Source: Lingula anatina
Taxonomy: Eukaryota > Animalia > Brachiopoda
Direction: 5' to 3'
DNA length: 64,000 nt
Assembly: GCA_051362555.1 (NCBI GenBank)
Contig: CM120648.1
Span: 6,630,587-6,694,586 of the forward strand
The notes under the pieces were generated by a model. The model did no database searches. It was not told where the DNA came from and saw only the letters and a list, made by a program, of their open reading frames with translations. Within the stretch, counting starts at the first letter, position 1, and each line of letters opens with the position of its first letter. Made by a program: the position numbers and the translations under genes. This document shows, piece after piece, positions 28,401-48,613 of the stretch.

Positions 28401-31400
28401 CTTTTAATGGGAGTTTAATTCCAGTACCTGTATTGGGTATTTTGGTTTATACAGACTCTTCAATTAACAGCATAACATTTAATGAATATAAAATAGTTTT
28501 TTTGTTTCATTTTTATCTTGTTTGAGCACGGTTGCAAGTGTCGGTGTCATGTTAAATTACGTGCAGTGTAGTGCGTCTGTCAGAACAAGTAGGTCTTGTG
28601 ATTATCAAGGAAGAAAAGCTGCTTCTTATGTGTTTTTTTTTCAGCAAAGTTGTATTTCAAAATATATATCACTAATTGATGTATATGTATCTAGAAATAA
28701 CCGCATTGGTGTTGTTTTAGGGGAGGTTGAGATACAAACGATTTAAGCGTTACGTTCACACAAATAGCAAATTGTCGATTCCACTGAGAGACATCAAATA
28801 GTACCTTGTAAATCATTATATTCTCATATTCATGTTTTGAATTGCATATAAGTAATTTGGTGTCCTTCTTGACAATAAATTATAATGAACTCTCATTTTA
28901 TTTGAAATCAGTAGAGTATACATCTAAAAAGTGCCTATTTTGACAATGTACGTATTTTGGCAAGACGTCGGAACCCAGCGGACGGTTTGAAAATACAGCA
29001 TGCTGCCCCAGAAAATTATCCACAGGCAATGTGGCAATGTGGAGCCGATCGACCTACATGTTACAAAACAGTGAAGCAGTTAACATATACCAAATAATTA
29101 ACTATTTTTATACAGACTACTGTTTAACTAAAATGAAAGGGAAACGGCGTGTAACAGTTGTAATGACCCAAGCGTTACATGCATATCGGTAACGATATAT
29201 TTGAATGCAAGGGCAAGCTGTAGCGATCGCGAACATGAACGTGCGCTACCAAAAGGAAGCCTTCCGCACCCGTGTATTCAGCTTTTATTGCTTGTTCTTA
29301 TTTGGCTTTATCCTCTTTTCTTCTTTTTCCAGCTCTTTGCCTTGCTGGTGAACGACCAGCTGAGGGCCGCGCTATGTGGGTGCTATCAGGACCACGACCA
29401 GCTTCGCCACCTAGTGGCAATAATGGATTTAAAAGTGGAAAACCTAGTGAAAAGTCATTTGCGCCTCAAACAATGGGAAGCCGATTTCTCCCGAACCCCT
29501 TTGGTAATATGGCACCGAAACCGTTTGGACCAAAAGTGAATAATGGTATGTTTATTTAAACACTGCCTTTCGGTTATAAATGTTTCATTCAATAATTTTT
29601 TATCATATTAATACATATCCTTTTGAAGGGACGGATTGCGTTGACAGATCTAGCCTTATGTGATGTCTCACTTCCCTTCACCAGGAGTTGGAAGGACGCT
29701 GCCTCCTATGAAACCACTGACGGACATTTGTGAGACGCTCCCCGATAAGTGCCCCGTTTTTCCGCCAGAGGCCCCAACGATCTGCGCCTCGGATGGGAAC
29801 GAATACCCGTCCACGTGAGTAAAAGGCTTTGGTCAACAAGTGCTTATTGGGTGTCAGTAGTTCTCTTCTTGCGCTTAGTCTGGAGGAAACAATAAACCAG
29901 ATTGGATCGTCAAAAGGTCTTGGATCGACATAAGATTGCACAAAAAGTTTACTGGTTATATTTCAATTCTTTGTTTTCCCCTCAATTTTGAAAAACTGGA
30001 TGAGCATTCTACACTCATTTTCACCAAAAAGCACTTCATTGTGAAATGCAATATATATATTTAATATGTTAATAAATACTTTAATAATCGTTTCAACTCA
30101 TCCGGATCCAAAACTCAAGTATTGCATCATTCTCTGCAGACAATATAAGTTACTACTATATTTAATTCTTTACACCTAGATGCGACCTGCTAAAAGCAAA
30201 CTGTGATTCTGAAGACGACGTGTACCGCGTTCCCTGCAAAGACGAAGCACCCTTCTTCAAACCAAGCGTGACGCTGTTTGGCGGCAAAAAGCCTTTCAGC
30301 AACGGCGGACCGCCACCTTTTAGCGGCGGTTCTCCAGGCTTTGCTCTTAGCGTGGTAACAGATTTCAGGCCAAGCGTAGAGATCGAGTGTGGCTCGCTGC
30401 CTGAGTGTCCCCTAGCAAAGGAAGGGACGCCTGAGTTGTGTGCGTCAGATGGCAAGACGTACACTTCCCAGTAAGTTGGGTGATTGCATGGGTAGAGAAG
30501 GTGGCACAGGAATGGTATTCAGCCATTAACCGTAGTCCTTTTCCCAGTTCTCGTTCAATTGACTTTCGCCCGATTAAGGCCCCTACTTTAGCTCACTCTC
30601 ACCTGTACTAATTATAGGCCTATGGACCCTGGGCTTCCATTCTCAGGACTACAGTTCGCCACACAGGCTTGGCATGGAACAACCGCTCTTAACATACTCT
30701 TTGTACTTGACAAATATTCAATAAAAAATAATAATAATTGAGCATTTATGAAATCAAAATGAAATACTGACAATTTTGGTCGACACAATTCATTCGACAA
30801 AATGAATTACAAAAAATAACCACGCGTCGCTGTCTCATTTCAGATGTGAACTGGAGAAAGCGAACTGTGCCTCGGACACGAAGATATGGCCCGTCCGTTG
30901 TGCAGGCACCGCGTCATCTAGCGGTTTTGGGCAGCCTGGTCCCGTCCCTCCGCCAAGATGGCCGGCTCCAGGCGACAGGTGTGAGATGTTACCGGAAGTG
31001 TGCCCAGAGTTCCCGGATGGACTTCCGGAAATCTGTGGATCTGACGGGAACACGTACTCTTCACCGTGAGTATTTTCCGTAAATAGATGTTGACCATTAG
31101 AAAAAGGACTCCATATTTGTGTCATACATGCACGCCCCATTCATCCACCCTACCACTATCACTTTGTAGTACTGATTACGGGAAACATGTCTCCGTTGGA
31201 ATCCTTAGAAGCACTAAATGTACATGTATATGGGGAGGCAAGACCCCGCCCTACCAGACTCCCCTTCCCCCTGACAACATTATTTATTATACTACTTTTT
31301 GGAACTTTCTGTAAAAATTTTCGCTTTTTTATTCTATTTTTAGTTGTGAACTGGAGAAAGCAAACTGCGCCTCCGATACAAAAATATGGCCGGTCCGTTG

Positions 31401-34400
31401 TGAGGGCGATGATGAGACATTCCCACCTGGACTCTTTCCTCCTCCTGTGAGACCGCCAATGGAAGACATATGTGAGATGTTACCGGAAGTGTGCCCAGAG
31501 GCACTGGATGGACTTCCGGAACTGTGCGGATCTGACGGAAGGACATATTCCTCGCCGTAAGTGTTATATACGTCACTGGCAAATGTGGTACGACCCCACA
31601 GTCAATCCCATTCAGCACAACTGAGTCCATTAAACACATGCTTCTGATGATGACCTTTGAGAGCATTCACACCGAGAAGAGCTGAGATCTAGCAAGGCCG
31701 AGACCTAAATATGGCGGACCTACATGAAAGGAAGACTGCGTAATCCTTTAATGGTCTCTCAATGACATGTTGTTTGCCGATAATGACATTCATTGAGAGA
31801 CCATTACAGGATTATGCGGTCTTCCTTTCATGTACGTCCGCCATACTTAGCTAGGTCTCGGCCTTGCTAGACCTCGGCTCTTCTCGATGTGATTGCTCTC
31901 TTTGAGAGCCTTTTCCCTTTTTGGAAAGAGATTTGTGGGAGTGAGAAAATTTGTCATTTCATACCTGTATAAGTAACAATGACAAACTCTCTTCTTTCTT
32001 GATGTGTTGAGCAGCTTACAACCTTGAGCCAACATATGATACTGCATTTGTTTAGGAAACTTTGGAACCAGATGTGATGTGCGAAACTTTTCTTTTTTCA
32101 ACATTCAGATGTGAACTGCAGAAGGCGAACTGTGCCTCCGATACAGGAATATGGCCGGTCCGTTGTGAGGGCGACGATGAGCCATTCCCACCCGGACTCT
32201 TTCCTCCCCCTCTGAGACCGCCAATGGAAGACATATGTGATATGTTACCGGAAGTGTGCCCAGAAGCAAGGGATGGACTTCCGGAACTGTGTGGATCTGA
32301 CGGGAAGACATATTCCTCGCCGTAAGTGTTATGTATCACTGGCGCAGTCAACCCTATTTTGAACAACAGAGACCTTTAAACACATGCTTCTGATGGCCTC
32401 TGAGAGTCTTTCCCCTCTTTGGAAATAGATTGATGGGAGATAGAAAATCTGTCATTTCAAATTGGAAACAGCGACACACACCCTTTTTCTCTTGTTGTGT
32501 TGAGCAGCTTACAACCTGAAACCAACCTATGATACTGCATGCATTAGTTTTGAAAATTTTGGAACCATTAAATGTGATGCGCAGAACCTTTTCTTTTTTA
32601 AACTTTTAGATGTGAAATGCAAAAAGCCAACTGTGCCTCAGACATAAAGATAAGGCCCGTCCGTTGTGAGGGCGACGATGATGCATTCCCACCCGGACTC
32701 TTTCCTCCCCCTCTGAAACCGCCTATGGAAGACATATGTGAGATGTTACCGGAAGTGTGCCCAGAGGCGCCGGATAGACTTCCGGAACTGTGTGGATCTG
32801 ACGGAAAAACATATTCCTCACCGTAAGTACTTTATACAGCACCTACATTGACCCTATTGAGAATGTCCTCATTCTTAAGTCACTTTTAATCGCGTGTTGC
32901 GATATGTAACTTTAAAGTTACAATATATGGAAACGACCGTCACGCCACACACAGATGGTACCTAAAACGGCTGATTCTATTTTATATGAACTTCCTTAAC
33001 ATTGCGTCTTCTTCTGCGCATTCTTCTGCGCATTATATTGAGTAATAGGACGACCAGCCTGCAGCAAATGGAAGATGCATTACTTTACTTACAGGTGTGA
33101 ATTCCAAAAGGCAGGGTGCGCCTCGGATGTCAAAATATTCCTGGTCCCATGCGAGGGTTCTGACCCGTTCAAGGGACGCCCCCCTCCCCCTTATCCCGGT
33201 GATGGCTTTAAACCGCCCTTTTCGGAAGAACTCTGTGCCACTCTCCCTGAAAGTTGCCCTCTGGCACCGGAAGGGGCTCCGGAAGTATGTGGTTCGGATG
33301 GAAACAAATATGAATCTCGGTGTGTAATTTTGTATTTTTTTTTATTACCATTGTGATAATTATGCTTTTACAAGAGTCTGTGTTTTCGAGAGAGAGAGAG
33401 AGAGAGAGAGAGATTTTGAAACATTATTCACAACCATGTAAATTAGATACTGATACAGAAACTAAATTATTTTTTCTTGTAATCTGACCGTGCACCTCTT
33501 ACGTAAAAATTATGCTACTCACCGTAATTTTCAATAATCTTAACATTAAACCCTCTCCCCTTCAAATGCGCTATTGCTCCCCTTTTTGGACGTCTTGATT
33601 AATAAAAACTGTACATTTTTCTTTTCCTTTCTTTTGCTAAAGGTGTGACCTGATGAAAGCAGTCTGTGCCTCTGAGGGCGATATCTACCCAGTGCCTTGC
33701 GACACGGACTTGCCAATCTTACAGCCACGCCCCAGGCCACGCCCTATGCTACGCCCCATGCCTCGCCCCTTTTTCTTAAACGGACCTCCTTCAGTCCCGG
33801 GGGGAGACGGTAAGTGTTCTTTATGCTGTCTTTTCTATCGCAGGAACGGATCAAAATTCTTTATATTCCTTTTTTTTCATTATTTCAGTTACGTAGCCTG
33901 TGTCAAATGCACCATTCCATACTTTCAAATTCTGAATTTTTAACTTTAACATATTTTGCAACACAGTTTTCTTTCATTAATATTTGTTACACGTACACAA
34001 ATGTTCCACGATATAAAATTTATTCTGCTAATTTATTCTGAATATATATTTCTTTTGAAGGTCCTGCTATCGAGATCTTGCCAGAGGATAAGTCACCAAA
34101 CGCTGCTTCCCGGGTAACAGGCGGCATCATCGCTCCGTTCGGTCGCATTGGACAAAAATCAACTTTAGCAGGAGGACCGACTGGCCGATTTGGTTTTCTC
34201 CCATCAGCAGTTCAAACGCTCCAAAATCGTCCTAGAGGTCCGGCTTACGGTTTGGCGTCCAGTGGAAGCCAAAGTTCACGACAGTTTCCTGCGGGTATTT
34301 TTCCGTCTTCCGCTGGTGGGAAATATGGCCTGCCCAAGTCCATGCAGGGCTACGGGGCTGGCGGGAATTCCGCTCCAAAGCCACAACCTCGTTTTGGAGT

Positions 34401-34524
34401 TCCTCCGGGAATGGGGTCAAAGGGTATCCCGTTGTTTGGTGGCCCTCTGGGACGAATGTCGGCATTAGCTAAGTACGGCAAGCCCAACGTCTATGGAAGC
34501 CCTTCAGCATATGAGAGTGACTAA
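25420..34524 (+). CDS. Secreted Pro/Gly-rich protein with 7 atypical Kazal-like repeats (~795 aa, 11 exons)
   Basis: Exons 25420-25456, 29333-29545, 29685-29814, 30180-30470, 30844-31065, 31344-31556, 32109-32321, 32610-32822, 33095-33319, 33643-33809, 34061-34524. All introns are GT-AG and phase-compatible (2388 nt total). Signal-peptide-like start MVKVQVQIAALLALCLAG. Repeated C-x5/6-C-x10-C(G/A)SDG..Y.S.-C-x6-C-x10-C units. AATAAA near 34731. Exon 1 is the least certain assignment. Confidence 0.85.
26391..26835. mobile_element. Nested Harbinger-like MITEs (inner copy 26600-26814 inverted inside outer copy)
   Basis: The outer element is flanked by CTA/CTA and the inner element by TAA/TAA (26597-99, 26815-17). 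The inner copy is the reverse complement of the family sequence. Confidence 0.8.
27838..28131. mobile_element. Short non-autonomous DNA element (aggggcggatcc ... aattcgccactg termini)
   Basis: Imperfect inverted termini and internal G/C runs typical of invertebrate MITEs. A looser GC-terminated element lies at ~20903-21058. Confidence 0.45.
31659..31900. mobile_element. Palindromic MITE (242 bp) in Kazal-gene intron 6
   Basis: Near-full-length hairpin (gagagcattcacaccgagaagagc ... gctcttctcgatgtgattgctctc) flanked by TTT/TTT. The homologous intron 7 shows the empty site (cctctgagagtc). Confidence 0.8.
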
Positions 34525-36808
34525 GCTTTGAGGATTGTTTCCTGGGTTTCTTTTTGGGAAGAACCTTCAGATAGAGGTGTTTCTGGCTGGCCAGTTACAT
34601 TCCAAACGACGTGGAATCGATTATGATACATATCTATTTCAAGAAGTATAAATTTGTAATAGTATTTAAATTTTGATTTTTCAGACAGTTTTTATTTTTG
34701 TAGTTATATTCACTACCTCAAATGTACCAAAAATAAACACACTTTAACTATATTTGATGCTTTTCTTACTGTTTCTCAAGTTTGAAAGTTAAAGTTACAA
34801 TGTTGGGTTGAGGGACTTCAAATTGCAATTTTTAAGGTATCACGCCATTTATTTTTTTTGTTAACCATGAAAAGTCATGGTTAAAATCGCAGTGAAGTCA
34901 AATTTAATCAAATTTAAGACAGGAAAAATTTGAATAACGTGAATTTGAAGTGAAAAAAAAATCATAAAAATATAAAGATTGTCTGTAGGCAAATGTATGC
35001 AATTTCAAACAAAATATTCCCCACTTATTTCCTACAAGGGATTGATGAGGGAATGGTCAAAATCGGTTGCGACCAGCACCCAGTGTTTTCCTACAGCAGG
35101 CTTCTCTAACACAATGCCACTTGCCAAATCCTCAACACTCTGCAAACACACCATATTTTCTATTTTGACGTTTCTTATACTTACTAGAAAAACTAGTATC
35201 TCCAACAAAAACAAATATTGGGTAATAGATTTTTTCTTTGGTTAAACATTTGAAATATTGTACAAAAAAATTCCACCCGTCTCGTTGATTCAAAATTATG
35301 TGAAGTGCCCTAGATATAAGTACTGTGAGAAAAAGCCGCTCGTATCATAAGTACATGTCCCTGATTTTAATTTCTTTCATTGCCAAGAAATGGTATTTAA
35401 TTATTACAATTACCACCTCACATCGAGCATTCAGCTGGATTTTACTACCGACCACAACTTCTCCACAAGTTCATGCCCTGCTGTTAAACTGTGCCGAACG
35501 CTGCGTCTCTGTTTGGGCGACTTTTACTTTAAAACTACTTGTCAACCTCTCAAAGCAAACCGGTCCGATTACATACCGCACAATCATAACTTGGCTTTCG
35601 CCGTTTTGTACCAGTAGACTTTTGAGTATACGTTGATGTGGAAAAAAAATCAACAGTGATTTGATAGTGATATTATATCACTTTGATAGTGATATTATAT
35701 TAAAAGTAAATACTTGGGAAAATATCAAACAAAATGTGCGTCACTGACGTGACTAAAATGGTTCATTTTTAAGCTAGTCTGATCCTGAAAGCTTCCAAAA
35801 AAGACCAAAAACTAGTTCATAGTGACTTCATTTTATTGTACATCACGTCAATCTTCTAGACATCATTATCTATGATTTCTTCTACATACTTTGACATAAT
35901 ATAACTGCTCTGTATAGGACCTTACTTCAATGTTACATGTCATAACAACAGGCTCTACACAGAGACCTCCTTAGCACAAACATCCACTGATGTATAAACA
36001 ATTAAATGGTTTGAATTAGTTTAGTGTCATTATTACAGCCATATAGTAAACCTATAATATATGTGGAAGTCAATTCTCTTCTTAAAAATGCTGTTTTACT
36101 CTACATCTGCACTCAAGTTGGCAAAAAGATTCCATAAATAGACCTCTAATTTGACAAAATTGAAGAATTCTTGTTACAATTATCACCAAAGATAAAGTGC
36201 TAATGACCAAGTACAGCAGATATGATATTTCAGTTTTACATCCTAAAACACAGATCTGAAAGTTAAACAGACGTTGAACCATTGCAACAATACAGCCACT
36301 GCCTCTGACACTGATGACAATACAACAATAAACATGTGCAGACACAATGATATTCATAGAAATGAAATTTGCAGCTGTGGAAAGGGCTCCTCTTGATACT
36401 GCTCTGAGTGCTGCCCCCTGTACATAATTCCCCCCTTCACGCTTTTTTTTACGACTTGAGTTAACTATACCAATTTTAACTTCAGATTTGAACTATTTCT
36501 TCTGTACAAACTTCAGGAACAAAGCCTTTTTTCATTGCAGCATTTAACTTTTGTCAAAATAACAGAGTTTTATAACACTCTATAGACCTCTTATGCACTA
36601 TTGAATGCAATGCAGTTGAATGTCAATGACATGGAACTAAAGTACTTAAGTTTTTTCTCAAGGCAAAATATCATCTCATTTCCATTTTTCTCAGGCATAA
36701 CACGCATCTTTGAGTTATCAAAAAAGTAATTCTGCTACCAGGTTACAAGGTTGACAAATTTCCAAAGAAGAAATGTAATAAAGTCATCTCATCCAATCAC
36801 CTCAAAGG

Positions 36809-44338
<7,530 letters not shown>

Positions 44339-44959
44339 TCATGGTAATCTTAAAAGAGAAAATGTTTTATAAATCATGTGCTATGTAAATAGGTATGGTA
44401 TACTGTGAGAAAAGTATTGAGAGTAAAATGAAACAATACAAAGTGACTAAAATGGCAAAGGCACATAAAGAAAGAATATCTGCTCTTCTCAATAATTTAC
44501 ACGTCATGTAGAACATATATAAAACTTCTTCATGCTGCCATGTAAATCATACCATGTTATGACTCAGTGCAAACAACAGGAAGAGTGAGAGCAAGGTACA
44601 GTGATTACTGATACACTGCACTATGAAATATACAGCATGCAATATATCATATTTACATTCCGCTTCATTTACGGAAATCAAGGTTATATCAGTAAATGAA
44701 TAACAACGATATTCCGTGTCTCGTGCAGAGGTCACGGTTCTACACACGAAGTGTTTCAATTTCAAGTCTGAATGAAATGGAGATCATATCAATTTTGTCA
44801 TCGACCGGTTGAAGTTTGCACAGACCTGTTATGGGGCGATTAAGAGTGTATGTTTGCAAAATCTGACACAACAACGGCACATATTAAGTATGAGAAGGCA
44901 TGCTTCCAGTGATTGCAATGGAAAGTGCCATTCGGAAGAAATTTGACAGAGTTTCACTC

Positions 44960-45253
44960 ACATTACTACTTGCCGGCTAAAGTGGGAGTTTCTCCTTCCT
45001 GTAAAAATGGCGGAAATTACCCACAGTTCATTTCGACAATTTTCGTTAGTGTCCGGCATTGTGCACTGATTCTTCTATGTACGTTTCCCTCAAACAGTGA
45101 CATAACTTATATGTTAAACTGAAATAAACAGAACATTCGTTTTTATGAATTGTTAGTTAAAAGAGTAAGTCTGAAAATAAAAGTTAAAAAGCAGAGTTAC
45201 GAAGATTCCCGAAGAATTAGCGCATGCGCTTCCTCTCACACTCTGCCGCCATC
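44960..45253. promoter_or_regulatory. Bidirectional promoter AP2M1/RPL22 with YY1-like, NRF1-like and TCT/TOP elements
   Basis: AAAATGGCGG at 45004-45013, GCGCATGCGC at 45220-45229, then a pyrimidine tract (cttcctctc) typical of ribosomal-protein TCT starts. A minus-strand donor gtgagt near 44956-44961 is the putative end of the AP2M1 non-coding exon 1. Confidence 0.6.
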
Positions 45254-46883
45254 ATGCCTGCTGTAAGTGGCAAAGTCCTCTCAAAATTTTGTCTAATTCT
45301 CTAATGAAAACTCATTATACAACCTTTTGCCCACTGTTTTATAAAACCTAAACTAGTTTTGTAAATGATTCAAAAGAGTTTTGAGTCCAAAACAGCTTGC
45401 TTTATTACGTAATTTTGACTGAATGAGCAGACACGTGTTCATATGGCTGTTCCTGTTGAACATATTTTCAGTGAGATTACGTGCCGATTCTTTTGTTTTA
45501 TTCCATAACATCATTGTCGCTCTACATTTGTAATCCATGATTAGCATGTTGTTAATTAAATATGCAACTTCATGTTGTAATAAATTAAAAAATCTAGACT
45601 TGACTGGTCTTGTAAGTTCTGTGTGTGTTTGTGTGTGCGGGGGAAGGGGGTGGTGAAAGGAGAGATGGGCTAAGGAAAGGCATATTGGTACAGGCTCTCA
45701 AATGCCTTACTGAGGTTAAATATCTTTAAAGTGAAAGTTGAAATTGAAAAATAATGTCATTGCATTTCTTGTCTTTTCTTTTTCAGACAGCAAAAAAGGG
45801 CCAGCAGAAAAACCCCAAGGGTGGTAAGAAGAAGAAGTCGATAATCAGGTATTATCTGGACTGCACGCACCCCGTAGAAGATGGCATCATGGACATCACA
45901 AACTTTGTAAGTTGATTGCTAAAATCTTGGATTTTTTTGGGGGTAAGACATATAAATGTTGTGAATTATAATTAATAGAAACCGAAAAAAAAAACTGTTT
46001 AAAAAGGGGGATTTTGTCATGTCGTCGGCCAGTGTATCTCATTGTTTTGTTATCTATGGAGACTAATATGCCAAAGTGGGCTAGGGTCACATTCCCTAGT
46101 CCTGATACCTCTAGGGCTCCATTCCCTAGAGTCTGGGTTAGGGCCCTCTTCCCTAATCCCTTTTTTCTTTTGCTCCATCCCAACAGGACAAGTACCTGCA
46201 GGAAAGGATCAAAGTGAACGGCAAGACTGGCAACCTGGGCCAGAACATCTCCATGGAAAGGCAGAAAAATAAAGTTGTTGTCACCAGTGATATCCCACTG
46301 TCTAAGAGGTAATGCATCCATGGACCTTTGTAGTATCTCTTCCTCTTTTTCTCCATAGTTGTATACTTTTTAATAGTAATATTTTTTTTCTTTTGTTTTT
46401 ACTATAACAATAATTACTATTATCTTGCACATTAGACATAAGAAGTTAGCATTTTCCCCCTCAGATATTCCAAAGATAGATATTTCTTTTTAATGTTTAT
46501 TATGTCTAAAAAATAACTTGATAATCTCTTGTTATATAAGTCTGCTTGTGGAAAAGCCTCAAATTTTAGATTCCGAGAAACCAAGACCTACATAGTAATA
46601 TTTTAATGTGCTTAAATTTCCAGAGTATTTGGTGAAAGGAAGAGAAGCATGGGTTTAAGTTGTGTATTATGTTTTAACTGCTAATCAAGCCTTTTAAACT
46701 TCTAAATGTTTGGATTTTTTTCTTTTGTTCAGGTACATGAAGTATCTCACCAAGAAGTACCTGAAGAAGAACAACCTCCGTGATTGGTTGAGAGTTGTCG
46801 CCAGTAGCAAGGACACTTACGAGCTGCGCTACTTCCAGATCAACAATGAAGAGGAGGAAGAAGAGGAGGCGGAAGACGCATAA
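45254..46883 (+). CDS. RPL22: 60S ribosomal protein L22 (eL22), 133 aa, 4 exons
   Basis: Exons 45254-45262, 45787-45906, 46187-46308, 46733-46883. Motifs [62 protein letters not shown] and an acidic tail. Confidence 0.97.
46078..46159 (+). promoter_or_regulatory. Three tandem RNA hairpins in RPL22 intron 2 (candidate eL22-binding splicing element)
   Basis: ctaggg-tcacatt-ccctag, ctctaggg-ctccatt-ccctagag and gggttaggg-ccctctt-ccctaatcc. Each has a G-C closing pair and a 7-nt loop ending in U. Confidence 0.6.
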
Positions 46884-48613
46884 ATTACAATATGGCATCT
46901 ATGACATGAACGCCATCTGTTGAAGGTTGCCAATAACTATAACAATGATCGTCACTGTGATGATTGAAAAAAGGAGAATAATTTGAATGCGGATACCTCA
47001 TTTGTTGTGTTAATATGCCTCAGAATTGGGGTGCTAAAGAACTGGAGTGTTGAATGGAAAAGTGAACTTTCAAGTTGAAAGGAATAAAAACTCTGTCGAA
47101 TAAGAGAAGTTATTCTTGTGCCACAGTGATGTAAATACCTATTTATTTTCAACTGTAACATCTATTGCTCCTTTTTCAATATCGTGAAGGCAGATGGTTA
47201 ATAAACAGATGGTTTTTGTGAATGAAAGAAATAACGGTTTTCTTCTTTTTAACCTTTGACTAAATTTGTTGTGTGAGTTTGGAATGTCCAGACATCTGAA
47301 TGGACCGTTTGAAAAAAAATACTTCATAATAATGATAAAGATTTATTCAGTCATTGTACATATGTTTAGTAATATGTGATATAAATATACACGGAAATTA
47401 TATAACCATGTAGGGTTAAAAAAGAGGATGACTGCAAAAGTTGATGGGTTTAAAAACTAAGTTCACTATTAAGGAGAGAAACGGCATTTACATAACAATC
47501 CTCTTATAAAATCTTTTGCTTTCTCTGGCAGTTGAAAGAAACGACTATTGAATTTGCCTGGAAGGCGCATAAATAGTGCGTAGGCAGTGTTCGTTGTATA
47601 TCATATTTTTCGGGTGTCGAACCTGTGCCTCTGACCGAGTTGTGTTGCCAAGTCGCTCCCACACTCGGACTTGCATACTGTAAAATGTAAGGAAAATCTG
47701 ATCCCGTTACGTTGAAACAGTGTACCTATTTACACAGGGAAGGGGAGAGGCTGATTTGGAAATGCATATATTATTTATTTAAATTACAGAGACATTTATT
47801 ATAACAATAATAATAAATAAAAGTGCCTCACGTTATAATTATATATGTCTAAACCAATATATCCCCGTCGCAATTAAACCATTCTTGTTAAACCACAATG
47901 GCATTTATAAATAAAACTTGAAATAAATACTTGGACCATATTCTATCACGATAAGCAGCAAGATTATAAATCTGACCATGTTTTTCATACATTATGTAAA
48001 AATAAAGCAATATGCCTGGGTGAATATTCCAATATTTACAATAAAAAATACGAAAAAAAACATAGGCCTATGCGTAAACATTTCATGCTGCAGTGTCGCT
48101 GTATCAGAGAGAGTTTGTCCTTATATCGTCCTTTGAAAACGGGATCGTAGTCATGGCTCATCTGTTTGAATTTTAATAGTGAGAAGTGGTGATGGTAATT
48201 CAATCGAACACAAAATCGATTACAGCAAAGCTGGGATTCGATTATTATAGACTTTGCCAGGATCGTTACTGAATGGTTGAGCCTCCACCATCTTATTTAT
48301 TTATTTATTTATTTTTGAAAATTCCTATGTACCCGTATAAACATAAAATCGTGTAAAAATGCGACAAAATTAATTTTATAATTGCTATTTTTCCTTACAT
48401 CAAATCAGCTTTCATAAAAGATTGAGAACAGTAGGAATGACGGTCTCATCACGGAACGCTAGCGTTTGGTTTTGAAAAAAAAAAAAAAACTCGTATATTG
48501 GTAATGTCCAAGTTCTAAACAATGCATTCTCGAGTTCCATATGGCTGGATTGAAGAACTGTACGTGCCTGAGTCAAGATTGTTCGAACGCTTTCCATTAG
48601 CCTAGATCAATGA

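Noticed and set aside
47600-47672. B-box-like GGTTCGAC on the minus strand (tRNA/SINE head)
   Set aside because: No cloverleaf and no second copy in the window.
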